The translations under genes were made by a program, and so were the position numbers. Of a stretch of 64,000 nucleotides of DNA, positions 1 through 9,947 are shown piece after piece; position 1 is the stretch's first letter; each line of letters opens with the position of its first letter. This DNA comes from Deltaproteobacteria bacterium (GTDB lineage Bacteria > Desulfobacterota_D > UBA1144 > Nemesobacterales > UBA2774). The DNA lies in contig JAJCZS010000033.1 in NCBI GenBank assembly GCA_029262275.1, forward strand, positions 2,350 through 66,349, given 5' to 3'. Under the pieces are notes generated by a model that saw only the letters and a program-made list of their open reading frames with translations, was not told where the DNA came from and made no database searches.

Positions 1-1
1 T

Positions 2-49
2 CTACTCGTGATTGCTTTACTCGCTGTAGGATTATTCGCATGGTGTTAA
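2..49 (+). CDS. 3' end of a CDS truncated by the window edge (hydrophobic C-terminus)
   Basis: Frame 2 reads LLVIALLAVGLFAWC-stop (TAA 47-49). Confidence 0.4.
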   Translation, partial: LLVIALLAVGLFAWC

Positions 50-110
50 TTGGGATCTTTTTTATATATAGGCAGGAAAAAAAATAGTGATATCTAATAA
101 GATATAATGA

Positions 111-134
111 GGGAATAGACGAGTGCCCACTCCC
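111..134 (-). terminator. stem-loop downstream of dodecin
   Basis: Minus strand GGGAGTGGGC-ACTC-GTCTATTCCC; 10-bp stem completed by G-U pairs only on the minus strand; no adjacent U tract. Confidence 0.45.
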
Positions 135-160
135 CCAAGATTTATTGTCTTCTTAAATTA

Positions 161-367
161 CTACCCTTCTAAGATAAATGTAATTCTGATGTGAGTTCTG
201 TATTCTGCGACTTGGCCGTCTTCTCCAATTGAAGCATTCATCTTAGTAACTTCAATTCCTGTGAGGCCCCTTATGGTTTGATTAGCCCTATCGAGTGCAT
301 TTTGTACTGCATCATCCCAAGATTTCTCTGATGAACCTATAATCTCTGTTATTCTTGCTACAGCCAT
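161..367 (-). CDS. dodecin family flavin-binding protein
   Basis: 68 aa; EIIGSSEKSWDDAVQNAL...EYR..I.ITF pattern; SD AGGAGG. Confidence 0.9.
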   Translation of the reverse strand: MAVARITEIIGSSEKSWDDAVQNALDRANQTIRGLTGIEVTKMNASIGEDGQVAEYRTHIRITFILEG

Positions 368-412
368 TTTACTTACCTCCTAGAGTGGATTTAACTGCTT
401 CAATATAACTAT

Positions 413-430
413 AATAACATCAATGTTATT
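413..430. promoter_or_regulatory. palindromic operator candidate in the dodecin/acyl-CoA dehydrogenase divergent promoter
   Basis: AATAACAT-CA-ATGTTATT, perfect 8-bp arms, between minus-strand TTGACT (432-437) and TATAGT (408-413). Confidence 0.5.
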
Positions 431-556
431 TAGTCAAGATAAAAATGTTCAGAAATATCGGATTTTATTACACAAAATCGTGAAACATGATATAATCAAT
501 GTCCGAATAAATTTAATCACAAAAAAGATGCAATCTGAGTTGCCAGGAGGAACCCA

Positions 557-1699
557 ATGCCAATAGATTTTGAACTCACAGATGAACAACAAATGTTCAA
601 AGATACCATTAGAGATTTTGGCGAAAATGAGATAACGCCTCTAGTGGAAGATGCGGAGAATAATGAGAAGTTCCCAATTGAAATCTTCCCTAAATTAGGA
701 GAAATGGGATTCTTAGGAATTTCATTCCCTGAGGAATATGGAGGGGTGGATTTAGATAAAATTACGGAGTGTATATTTGCTGAAGAGATGGGACGTATAA
801 ACGCAGGTATAGCAATGTGCGTTAATGCTCATACCAGCCTCTCAATGATCCCAATCTTAAAAAATGGAAATGATGCACAAAAAGAAAAGTATTTGCTGCC
901 TGGAATTGAAGGCAAGATAATAGGTGCGTTAGGTCTTACAGAACCTGATGCTGGTTCTGACGCTAGAAGCATTAGAGCTACAGCAGTAAAGAAAGGTGAT
1001 AAGTATATTATCAATGGTACAAAGACCTGGATTACAAACGGCACAATGTGTGATTATGTAATTGTTGCTGCCTACACGGATAAAACAAAAAAAGGAACTG
1101 GCATTAGCTTATTTATTATTGATGCGGATGCTCCAGGTTTCACAGAGAAGAATAAGATCCATAAATTGGGTCACAGATCTGCCGATACAGCAGAGCTCGT
1201 TTTTGAAAACTGCGAAGTTCCTGAAGAAAATCTGCTTGTTGGAGAAGGCGGTTTTATGGGAGCTATGAATACTCTTCTTGGAGCTCGTATTACTCACGCT
1301 GCCAAATCTGTTGGACTAGCACAATCGGCTTTTGAATTTGCTCTTCAATACTCAAAAGAACGTGAGGCTTTCGGACGCACCATCTCTAAGTTTCAAGCTA
1401 TCAGCTTTAAGCTTGCACGGATGTCTGTACAAATAGAAACTGCAAGGCTTATGGTCTACAAAGCAGCTTGGCTCTACAGTAATGATAAGAATGCTCTTAA
1501 AGAAGCTTCCATGGCTAAACTGTATGCAGCAGAAGTTGTGCAGGATGTATGTACTGAAGCTGTTCAGGTGCTTGGTGGATATGGATACGGGGTCGAATTC
1601 CCAGTTGAAAGATATTATAGAGATGCCAAACTTGCATCTATTACTGAGGGAACTTCAGAAATCCAGCACGTTGTAATAGCACGTGAGCTAGGAATATAA
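557..1699 (+). CDS. acyl-CoA dehydrogenase
   Basis: GALGLTEPDAGSD, NGTKTWITNG, GGYGY, ERYYRDAK, ITEGTSEIQ; SD AGGAGG. Confidence 0.95.
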   Translation: MPIDFELTDEQQMFKDTIRDFGENEITPLVEDAENNEKFPIEIFPKLGEMGFLGISFPEEYGGVDLDKITECIFAEEMGRINAGIAMCVNAHTSLSMIPILKNGNDAQKEKYLLPGIEGKIIGALGLTEPDAGSDARSIRATAVKKGDKYIINGTKTWITNGTMCDYVIVAAYTDKTKKGTGISLFIIDADAPGFTEKNKIHKLGHRSADTAELVFENCEVPEENLLVGEGGFMGAMNTLLGARITHAAKSVGLAQSAFEFALQYSKEREAFGRTISKFQAISFKLARMSVQIETARLMVYKAAWLYSNDKNALKEASMAKLYAAEVVQDVCTEAVQVLGGYGYGVEFPVERYYRDAKLASITEGTSEIQHVVIARELGI

Positions 1700-1736
1700 C
1701 CAACTAAAAGTTTAGATTACCAAAAATAAAGAATAT

Positions 1737-1780
1737 AAAAAAACGGGGAAGCATCTAGTGATGCAACCCCGTATTTTTTT
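1737..1780. terminator. bidirectional intrinsic terminator
   Basis: A tract, ACGGGG..GCATC-TAGT-GATGC..CCCCGT, T tract, between convergent genes. Confidence 0.8.
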
Positions 1781-1816
1781 GTCTATTTTATGTTTTATAG
1801 ATCCAAAATCTTAGAC

Positions 1817-2014
1817 TTATGTCCAAGGTACTGACCCATCAGTAGAATCTGGGTCTCTAAATTTGAGCCATTTAGATGAATCATAATGAGCTGATGCGTA
1901 GCAAATAATAGCTGTTGTAGCTATAAGCTGTTCAGCTGTAGTTTTTGTCATGTCAGCTCTTTTTTTGATAATTGCCAGAATTGGATCTGGAATATTTATT
2001 GTTACTTCTGCCAT
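1817..2014 (-). CDS. small hypothetical protein, ribbon-helix-helix-like N-terminus
   Basis: 65 aa; SD AGGAGG; 24 nt downstream of the nitroreductase stop; VTINIPDPILAIIKKRA pattern. Confidence 0.75.
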   Translation of the reverse strand: MAEVTINIPDPILAIIKKRADMTKTTAEQLIATTAIICYASAHYDSSKWLKFRDPDSTDGSVPWT

Positions 2015-2038
2015 TTTTAGAACCTCCTAATTTTATTT

Positions 2039-3067
2039 TTAGTCAGTGTCGCCGATACCTTTTTCTTCCCTGTACTTGTCGAGAACTTCTCTCTTAACTG
2101 TAGGTACAAGTTTGAAATCACTTTCTTGAGCACCTGCAGCGGAAGCTGCAACTTCTTCTGGTGACAACATATCAGGTTTGGTGTCGATGATGGTAACTGG
2201 ATCATTCATTTGTGATGGTCCAAGTTTCCAGTCTGTAAGAGCTTCTTCTCCAAGACCAAATCTTATTGTGAGTTTGTTGATCTCTTCTAGTCTTCCAGGT
2301 GTTGGTCCTGGCTCTTGAATCATTTTAAGTTCTTTTAATAGCTCAACTGTAGCAGCATCTCTTTCAAAAGGCTGTCCAACTTTACCTTTAAAGAACATAG
2401 TTTCAAAAGGAGGTCTTCCTCTTGTTCCTCCGCCGTCTAGATTCTCTGAAGGATAACCAACTGTCATCAGCCAGCAGAACACATATGAAGGTCCAAGATT
2501 AAATTTGTCCTTAACATTCCTTCTTGCTCCTCCGCTTGCTCCGTTTAGACAACATCCTAGGCCTAAGGCTGTAGCGGTAAGAATTGCGTTTTGAATAGCA
2601 TTACCTAAGTCAATGCATGCAAGTCTATGAAGAATGAAATCAGGTAGGATTGCAGGAAGTGGGAAAAGTCTGTTTACACGCTCGTATTCCCAACCGTGTG
2701 CTTTATCCAAAGCACCTGTTCTCATAAGGTCATGCAACTGCTGCCCTTGATAGTCATAAGCGGACATCTCGTAGCACCAGAAAATAAGAATCGGAGCCAT
2801 CTGTGTTGTAATCTGGCTCCAGTCTGAAATAAACTCCCAAATCTCAGGGTCTTCATCTCTGTAAACAACAATAGCTCTTTGTCCATTGAAGTTACCTGCT
2901 GAAGGTGCAACTCTTGCAGCCTCTAGCATAGCCTGAACTTTCCATCTTTCTACAGGCTTATTTGGTTCATACCATCTAATTGATCTCCTCAAACCTATAG
3001 CGTCAAATGTATCAAGAACATTTACTTCGCTAGCCTGAGGAAGACCGTCTGTAATTAAATCACTCAT
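2039..3067 (-). CDS. nitroreductase family protein with long C-terminal extension
   Basis: RRSIRWY, AARVAPSAGN, DLGNAIQNAILTATALGLG, VGYP; SD AGGAGG; TTGACT-17-TATTAT upstream. Confidence 0.85.
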   Translation of the reverse strand: MSDLITDGLPQASEVNVLDTFDAIGLRRSIRWYEPNKPVERWKVQAMLEAARVAPSAGNFNGQRAIVVYRDEDPEIWEFISDWSQITTQMAPILIFWCYEMSAYDYQGQQLHDLMRTGALDKAHGWEYERVNRLFPLPAILPDFILHRLACIDLGNAIQNAILTATALGLGCCLNGASGGARRNVKDKFNLGPSYVFCWLMTVGYPSENLDGGGTRGRPPFETMFFKGKVGQPFERDAATVELLKELKMIQEPGPTPGRLEEINKLTIRFGLGEEALTDWKLGPSQMNDPVTIIDTKPDMLSPEEVAASAAGAQESDFKLVPTVKREVLDKYREEKGIGDTD

Positions 3068-3304
3068 TTTGGCCTCCTAATTCGTTAATTTTTTCTAACC
3101 AGACAGTCTAGGATAATATTATTTTAGAGGAAAAAAGTCAAGTGATTTCTGCAATTAGCAATCAATTTTGTAAAATTTAATGTCACAGCAATTTCCACTC
3201 TATATAAACTCAATCTAGCTCAAGACTTATTTGAGTCCGAATTGTGACATTATATCTTGCCTAAAATCACGCCAAAACTCTTAGATTATTTGATAAATTA
3301 GGGG

Positions 3305-3332
3305 TTGAAATCCAACGATTCATTGCTATTTT
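3305..3332 (+). promoter_or_regulatory. putative clpB promoter
   Basis: TTGAAA-N16-TATTTT with a TGn extension, upstream of SD AGGAGG. Confidence 0.45.
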
Positions 3333-3365
3333 AAACTTATATGATTTAACAGGAGGTATATAACA

Positions 3366-5981
3366 ATGAAATTTGACAAATTGACAATAAAAGCACAAGA
3401 AGCATTAGCAGAAGGACAATCTTTAGCACAGGAAAGCAACAATCAGGTAGTGGATATACCGCACGTACTTATTGCCCTTTTGGCTGAGGACGGTATTCCG
3501 GGTCAAGTAATTGCAAAACTCGGAGCTAATCTAAATGCAGTCCGAGGGCTAGCTCAGGATGAGGTAGGCAAGCTTCCTAAAGTTCAGGGAGACAATGATC
3601 AGGTGTATCTGAGCCGTGAGCTTAGCAAGGCTTTTAAAACTGCCGAGAAAGAGGCTAAGTCACTTGGAGACGAGTATCTAAGCACAGAGCATTTGCTGCT
3701 TGGTATCGTGCAGGATTCCACTGGCGAGTTGAAAAATGAGCTAAAAAGGCTTGGCATTACCCGTGACAGTATCTTGAAAGTTCTCAAGGACGTTCGTGGT
3801 AATCAGAATGTCACATCGCAGTCCCCTGAGGACACAATGCAGTCGCTTAAACAATTTGGAAAGGACTTCACAGAGCTTGCTCGTCAGGGAAAAATTGACC
3901 CTGTGATCGGACGAGATGATGAGATCAGGCGAGTAATACAGGTTTTATCTAGAAGAACCAAAAATAACCCTGTACTTATTGGTGAGCCTGGCGTGGGTAA
4001 AACTGCTATAGCCGAGGGGCTTGCGCAGAGGATCGTAAATGGCGATGTGCCTGATGGGCTTTTAAACAAGCAGCTTATCTCTCTTGATATAGGGGCATTA
4101 GTTGCCGGAGCTAAATACAGAGGGCAATTTGAAGAGCGCTTAAAAGCAGTTCTTAAAGAAGTGACTGATTCAGACGGTCAGGTCATTCTCTTTATAGATG
4201 AGATCCATACAGTTGTGGGTGCTGGAGCTACTGAAGGCGCTATGGACGCTTCAAATATGCTAAAGCCAGCGCTTGCGCGTGGAGAGCTTCACTGTATTGG
4301 TGCAACTACGCTTGACGAGTTTAGAAAATATATTGAAAAAGATGCAGCACTTGAGAGGCGTTTTCAGCAGGTGTTTGTGGATGAGCCTTCAGTTGAAGAG
4401 ACAATCTCAATTCTGCGTGGGCTAAAAGAAAAGTACGAAGTCCATCACGGAGTAAAAATTAAGGATGAGGCTCTAATTGCAGCCGGCGTGCTATCAAACC
4501 GCTATATCACAGGAAGGTTTTTACCTGACAAAGCAGTTGATTTGATAGATGAAGCTGCTGCAAAGCTAAAGATGGAAATTGATTCCATGCCTACTGAGAT
4601 TGATGAAATCGAGAGGCGCATTATGCAGCTTGAGATTGAACGCGAAGCCCTTAAAAAAGAAAAGGACGCAGGTTCTAAAGAAAAGCTAACTGCTATTGAA
4701 GAGAGTATCGCAAATTTGAAAGAAGAGTCCGACACTCTTAAGACACATTGGAAGCGTGAAAAAGAACACATTACTAAAATAAGAGGTGCCAAAGAGGAAA
4801 TAGATCAACTCAGATCTGATGCCGAAAAGGCTCAGCGTGAAGGGGATCTTTCAACCGCATCTGAACTTTTGTATGGACAGCTTCCTGATCTTGAAGAGAA
4901 AGTTGAGAAGTTGAGCAAAGAACTTACAGAGATTCAAAAAGATAAAAAAATGTTAAAAGAAGAAGTCGATGCAGATGACATAGCATCAATTGTGGCTAAA
5001 TGGACTGGGGTTCCAGTGACCAGGCTTCTAGAAGGCGAAGTTGAGAAGCTCATTCACATGGAAGACAGACTTCATGATCGTGTTATTGGACAAGACGATC
5101 CTATAACATCTGTATCAAATGCGCTTAGGCGCTCTCGTGCAGGATTGTCTGATCCGAACAGACCGATCGGCTCATTCTTATTCCTGGGCCCTACTGGTGT
5201 TGGTAAAACAGAGCTTGCAAGAGCGCTTGCAGAGTTTATGTTCGATGATGAGCACGCGATGGTGCGGATCGATATGAGTGAATATATGGAAAAGCACACA
5301 GTTTCTAGATTAGTCGGTGCGCCTCCAGGGTACGTGGGTTATGAGGAAGGCGGTCAGCTCTCAGAGGCTGTTAGAAGGCGGCCCTACTCTGTCATTCTTT
5401 TTGACGAGATAGAGAAAGCTCACTCAGATGTGTTTAATGTGCTTCTTCAGATTTTAGATGACGGTCGTCTAACAGATGGTCAAGGGCGAACAGTAGATTT
5501 CAAGAATGCGATCATAATAATGACCTCAAACCTTGGCTCTGAGTACATTCAGGAGTATGTAGATAGACCTGAGACCATGGCCGAGAGGGTTATGGAGGTA
5601 GTACAAGCCTCATTTAGGCCTGAGTTCTTAAACAGGATTGATGAGACGATCATATTTAAGTCTCTAGGGCTTGATGAGATCAAGAAAATCGTCAATATTC
5701 AGATCGATCACCTAGCTCACAGGCTTGAAGAGCGCAATATAAGCCTAGAATTGACTGATTCTGCTAAGGAAATGGTAGCAGAGAGTGGTTATGACCCTGT
5801 TTATGGTGCTAGACCACTAAAGCGGACGATTCAGAAGCTTATACAGGATCCTTTGGCAACCGAGATCCTTAAAGGCGATTTTAAAGACGGAGATCATGTG
5901 GTTGTGGATACAGATAAAGACAACAAACTAATCTTGGGTAAAGACGTTAAAACCAAGAAGAAAAAAGCAGCAAACGAATAA
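3366..5981 (+). CDS. clpB: chaperone ClpB
   Basis: 871 aa; two AAA+ modules ([16 protein letters not shown]), coiled-coil M domain, [11 protein letters not shown]. Confidence 0.98.
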   Translation: MKFDKLTIKAQEALAEGQSLAQESNNQVVDIPHVLIALLAEDGIPGQVIAKLGANLNAVRGLAQDEVGKLPKVQGDNDQVYLSRELSKAFKTAEKEAKSLGDEYLSTEHLLLGIVQDSTGELKNELKRLGITRDSILKVLKDVRGNQNVTSQSPEDTMQSLKQFGKDFTELARQGKIDPVIGRDDEIRRVIQVLSRRTKNNPVLIGEPGVGKTAIAEGLAQRIVNGDVPDGLLNKQLISLDIGALVAGAKYRGQFEERLKAVLKEVTDSDGQVILFIDEIHTVVGAGATEGAMDASNMLKPALARGELHCIGATTLDEFRKYIEKDAALERRFQQVFVDEPSVEETISILRGLKEKYEVHHGVKIKDEALIAAGVLSNRYITGRFLPDKAVDLIDEAAAKLKMEIDSMPTEIDEIERRIMQLEIEREALKKEKDAGSKEKLTAIEESIANLKEESDTLKTHWKREKEHITKIRGAKEEIDQLRSDAEKAQREGDLSTASELLYGQLPDLEEKVEKLSKELTEIQKDKKMLKEEVDADDIASIVAKWTGVPVTRLLEGEVEKLIHMEDRLHDRVIGQDDPITSVSNALRRSRAGLSDPNRPIGSFLFLGPTGVGKTELARALAEFMFDDEHAMVRIDMSEYMEKHTVSRLVGAPPGYVGYEEGGQLSEAVRRRPYSVILFDEIEKAHSDVFNVLLQILDDGRLTDGQGRTVDFKNAIIIMTSNLGSEYIQEYVDRPETMAERVMEVVQASFRPEFLNRIDETIIFKSLGLDEIKKIVNIQIDHLAHRLEERNISLELTDSAKEMVAESGYDPVYGARPLKRTIQKLIQDPLATEILKGDFKDGDHVVVDTDKDNKLILGKDVKTKKKKAANE

Positions 5982-5987
5982 TCACCT

Positions 5988-6028
5988 AAAGGCGCTTGTT
6001 TAGAGATAAACGGCGCCTTTTTTCTTTT
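5988..6028 (+). terminator. intrinsic terminator of clpB
   Basis: AAAGGCGC...GGCGCCTTT followed by a T tract. Confidence 0.8.
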
Positions 6029-6156
6029 AGTTTAAGCAGAATATAAGTCATACTTAAATGTTTGCTACAGATATATTGCTACAATTACTTAGCTTTTATG
6101 TATAACTCTCTATATACAAATAATATTTTATATGAAAGATGAAGATATTTGAGATT

Positions 6157-6885
6157 TTAGATGGTTGAGATAGATTCTACTATTTTATCTACAATTCCTT
6201 CTGGGTTTTGGGCTTCTGTGATAGCTCTGCCTATAACTAGGTAGTCTGCACCTTTGGAAACTGCTTCTGCTGGAGTGGTTACCCTCTTTTGGTCATGATT
6301 ATCTGTTCCGGGACGTATTCCAGGCACTACAAGACTAAATCTGTCTCCGAATTCCTTCCTTAAAGCTTCTACTTCAACTCCTGAGCATACAAGACCGTCA
6401 ACATTAGCTTTTTCAGCCAATTGTGCAAGGTTCATAACGGTATCCTGAGTGGAGGTGGATATGCCTATCTGTTCTAGGCTCTTTTTATCGTGGCTAGTTA
6501 GAACCGTAACGCCCAAAACCAGAGGTTTTGGGTAAGAAAGTTTCTCAGCCTCTTCTTTTACGGCATCTGAGACGCTTTTCATCATATCGAAGCCGCCTAA
6601 TGTGTGGATTGTGAACATATTTGCTCCAAAACGCACTGCTTGACGGGCTGTTTTCTCTACAGTTGATGGAATATCGTGGAATTTTAGGTCTAAAAAGATG
6701 TTTGCACCTAAATTTGAGAACTCTTTAAGACCTTCAGATCCCGAATTTAAGAAAAGTATGGGTCCAACCTTAAAAGTTTTTATTTTGCTTCTTAGTTTCT
6801 CGACCCAATTTATAGCAATTTCGTGCTCTGGAAAGTCTAGAGCGAGGATAATTCTTTCTTCAGGTTGTAGTTTAGGTCTTATCAT
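6157..6885 (-). CDS. pyrF: orotidine-5'-phosphate decarboxylase
   Basis: FLDLKFHDIPSTV, VPGIRP, DQKRV, VIGRAI. Confidence 0.97.
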   Translation of the reverse strand: MIRPKLQPEERIILALDFPEHEIAINWVEKLRSKIKTFKVGPILFLNSGSEGLKEFSNLGANIFLDLKFHDIPSTVEKTARQAVRFGANMFTIHTLGGFDMMKSVSDAVKEEAEKLSYPKPLVLGVTVLTSHDKKSLEQIGISTSTQDTVMNLAQLAEKANVDGLVCSGVEVEALRKEFGDRFSLVVPGIRPGTDNHDQKRVTTPAEAVSKGADYLVIGRAITEAQNPEGIVDKIVESISTI

Positions 6886-6924
6886 AACTTAATGTTACAC
6901 TTTAAGCGCATTATTTGTTTAGTA

Positions 6925-8643
6925 TCAGTCAATTGACTTTAATAGCTCTTGAACTTCATTAACTACAGCTTTAAGTTTTATATTGCGCGAATCGCCTGTT
7001 TTTCTAACCTTAACCTCGGCCTCCCCTTCCTTAATTGTCCTTGGGCCAACTGATACAATGATTGGTACTCCAATGAGCTCTGCATCCTTGAATTTAAACC
7101 CAGGTCCTACATCTCGGTCATCAATGATCGCCTCATATCCAGCTTCTATGAGCTCCGAATAAATCCGCTCAGACTCAGACATTATCTCTTCGTCTTTAAT
7201 CTTGAGTGGAAGAACCGTAACTTCAAAGGGAGCAAGAGCCTTAGGAAATTTCATCCCGCTTTCATCATGATTCTGTTCAATTGCTGCTGCAACCGTACGT
7301 CCTATCCCAATTCCGTAGCATCCCATGATAAAGGGCTTCTCTTTTCCGTCTGAGTCAACAAAAGTGGCCTTCATAGCCTCACTATACTTAGTTCCAAGCA
7401 TAAATACATGCCCTACTTCGATTCCTCTAGTGGAACTGAGAGTACCGCCGTCACATTTGGGACATTTATCCCCGTCTGAAGCTACTCTGATATCAAAAAA
7501 CTCTTTTACCTCGTAATCTTTACCCAAATCTACATTAATTATGTGATAATCCTTTTTATTGGCTCCGGTTACTGATGTTCCCATACTACTAACAGATATA
7601 TCCGCTACTTTTCTGATATTCAGTCCAACTGGGCCGCTAAAGCCCATAGGACCACCTGTAACTTCTTGAATTACATCTGGAGTAGCGAGCTCAACTATCT
7701 CAGCTCCTAAGTATTTCCTAAGTTTTGTAAGACTTAACTCGTGATCCCCTCTAACAAGAGCTGCTGTAGGTTTTCCATCTACTTCAACTATCATAGTTTT
7801 TATTAGATTAGAAGGAGTTACATTTAAATGTTGAGCAACTTCTTCAACTGTCTTCAAGTTAGGTGTATGGACTTCTTCTACAGATTCTGAAGACTGTTTT
7901 GACTCGGTTTGAGAGCCATCTTGTCCGCCTATCTCTGCAAGCTCTAAATTAGCAGCATAATCACATTTATCACAACTCATGATTATATCTTCCCCAGTTG
8001 GGGCTAGCACCATGAATTCGTGTGAGAAATTACCGCCTATGTTACCCGTATCAGCTAAAACAGCTCTAAATTCAAGGCCACAGCGCTTAAATATGCGAGT
8101 ATAGGCCTCATACATTGCCCAATAGGACTTCTCAGCTCCTTCAACCGTCGCGTCAAAGCTATAGGCGTCCTTCATTATGAACTCACGGGCACGCATAACA
8201 CCAAAACGCGGGCGAATTTCGTCTCTAAACTTGGTCTGTATTTGATAAAGATTCACAGGAAGCTGCTTATATGAGCTTATATCACGCCTAACAATGTCTG
8301 TTATTATCTCTTCGTGCGTGGGTCCAATGCAAAATTCTCTGTCTGCACGGTCTTTGAAACGAAGCAGCTCTTTGCCATAGTAGTTCCATCTACCGCTTTC
8401 TTCCCACAGCTCTGCAGGCAAAACAGCAGGCATAAGAAGCTCTACGGCACCCGCCCTGTTCATCTCTTCCCGTACAATTTGCTCAACTTTACCTATAGAG
8501 CGTAGCCCTAGGGGTAAATAGTTATAGATCCCAGCAGCAAGTTTTCTAATCATGCCGCCTCTGATCATGAGCTTATGGCTTACGACCTCGGCATCAGCCG
8601 GGTCTTCTTTTAATGTTGGTATAAAATAGTTTGAATATCTCAT
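6925..8643 (-). CDS. proS: proline--tRNA ligase (with editing insertion domain)
   Basis: GPTHEE, QTKFRDEIRPRFG, REFIMKDAYSF, GCYGIG. Confidence 0.98.
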   Translation of the reverse strand: MRYSNYFIPTLKEDPADAEVVSHKLMIRGGMIRKLAAGIYNYLPLGLRSIGKVEQIVREEMNRAGAVELLMPAVLPAELWEESGRWNYYGKELLRFKDRADREFCIGPTHEEIITDIVRRDISSYKQLPVNLYQIQTKFRDEIRPRFGVMRAREFIMKDAYSFDATVEGAEKSYWAMYEAYTRIFKRCGLEFRAVLADTGNIGGNFSHEFMVLAPTGEDIIMSCDKCDYAANLELAEIGGQDGSQTESKQSSESVEEVHTPNLKTVEEVAQHLNVTPSNLIKTMIVEVDGKPTAALVRGDHELSLTKLRKYLGAEIVELATPDVIQEVTGGPMGFSGPVGLNIRKVADISVSSMGTSVTGANKKDYHIINVDLGKDYEVKEFFDIRVASDGDKCPKCDGGTLSSTRGIEVGHVFMLGTKYSEAMKATFVDSDGKEKPFIMGCYGIGIGRTVAAAIEQNHDESGMKFPKALAPFEVTVLPLKIKDEEIMSESERIYSELIEAGYEAIIDDRDVGPGFKFKDAELIGVPIIVSVGPRTIKEGEAEVKVRKTGDSRNIKLKAVVNEVQELLKSID

Positions 8644-8838
8644 TATCGTTTCCTAAGCGGAATAAATTACCGATTCCTCGTCTAAAAGCAATATTATGCC
8701 ATATTGTGGTGATATGAATAAGTTGTTGACCTGAGTGAACCCCTAGTTATTCTATTTAACAAAATTATCCACTGAATCAGACAGCGGCTTTTCTCATCTA
8801 ATTAGTAATTTGATTCTAAGTCGGAGGGTTACATCAAT

Positions 8839-9501
8839 ATGGAAACAGGTGTTTTTGAACTAATACAAAAAGGCGGGTTTTTTGTTTATCCCATTATTCT
8901 CTGCTCTATTGTAGGGCTTGCAATTTTCTTGCAGAAAATGTGGATACTGCGCTCAAAGAACATTATTCCAGAGCTATTTTTAGAGCAATTATATAGCTTC
9001 TTATCACAGGGAAAGTTAGGAGAAGCTGAGGTTTATGCGAGGGCTAACAATTCATCAATTTCTAGGATAGCTTTGGCAGCGCTCGAAAACTCACACAAAC
9101 CCAAAGAAGAACTCAGAGAAGAGATTGAAGAGGCAGGGAGAAAAGAGACCCTTGAGCTTATGAGATACACAGAGGGTTTGGGAACTATTAGTAGTGTCTC
9201 AACTTTGCTTGGGCTACTTGGAACTATCTCTGGTATGATCAAAATTTTTAAGGTTATTGCAGACAAACCTATTGTTAATCCTCCAGAGCTTGCAGGTGGA
9301 ATTTCAGAGGCTCTCTACACTACAGCTTTTGGTCTTCTTGTAGCAATCCCCGCTTTTATCGCATACAAGTACATTGTTGGAAGAGCAGATGAGCTTATCT
9401 CTCTTATGGAAGAAGAAGGGAGAAAGATTATGGAATATGTAATTGTCTGCAAGCAAAATGATAACCCACCATCAGCTGATACAAAGGGTATGTTTGGATG
9501 A
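8839..9501 (+). CDS. exbB: MotA/TolQ/ExbB proton channel protein
   Basis: LLGLLGTISGMI, GGISEALYTTAFGL. Confidence 0.88.
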   Translation: METGVFELIQKGGFFVYPIILCSIVGLAIFLQKMWILRSKNIIPELFLEQLYSFLSQGKLGEAEVYARANNSSISRIALAALENSHKPKEELREEIEEAGRKETLELMRYTEGLGTISSVSTLLGLLGTISGMIKIFKVIADKPIVNPPELAGGISEALYTTAFGLLVAIPAFIAYKYIVGRADELISLMEEEGRKIMEYVIVCKQNDNPPSADTKGMFG

Positions 9502-9932
9502 GATTTAGAAAACAAAAAAATGGGAAAGCAGGATCAGGGGCAACTCTAGATTTAACCCCTGTAGTAGATGTGGTATTTAATCTGCTCATATTCTTTGCTC
9601 TCTCTTTAAACTTTGCTGCAACATCAGGAGGAATAAACGTAAAACTGCCTTCTGCAAGCTCGGCTGAGCCTGTAAAAACAGAGCAGCTGACTATAAACCT
9701 TACACAAGCTGGCCAAGTATATTATAATGATAAAGAAATTAAGATTGACGATCTCTCCTCTAAGCTTGAGAGTATAGAAGATAAGGATTCTATTGTTATT
9801 ATAAGAGCTGACAACACAGTACCTCACGGACAGGTGGTTGAGGTAATGGACATCGTGAAGACTGAGGGGTTTTCTAAGCTTGCTATAGCCGTGGACCAAG
9901 CTGCGGGTTCTATTGACAGCAAAGATAATTAG
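9498..9932 (+). CDS. exbD: ExbD/TolR biopolymer transport protein
   Basis: LTPVVDVVFNLLIFF, IIRAD..V.HG.VV.VMD; ATGA overlap with exbB. Confidence 0.9.
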   Translation: MRFRKQKNGKAGSGATLDLTPVVDVVFNLLIFFALSLNFAATSGGINVKLPSASSAEPVKTEQLTINLTQAGQVYYNDKEIKIDDLSSKLESIEDKDSIVIIRADNTVPHGQVVEVMDIVKTEGFSKLAIAVDQAAGSIDSKDN

Positions 9933-9947
9933 CAAGGCAATCTCACT

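Noticed and set aside
1817-2014. RiPP precursor modified by the nitroreductase (azole dehydrogenase-like)
   Set aside because: No YcaO, protease or exporter nearby; the peptide looks like a folded RHH-type protein.
3156-3182. CIRCE (HrcA) element upstream of clpB
   Set aside because: Only a left-arm-like TTAGCAATC; no GAGTGCTAA arm 9 nt later.
6062-6083. Direct repeat TTGCTACA x2
   Set aside because: Short, between convergent genes, in AT-rich DNA; likely chance.
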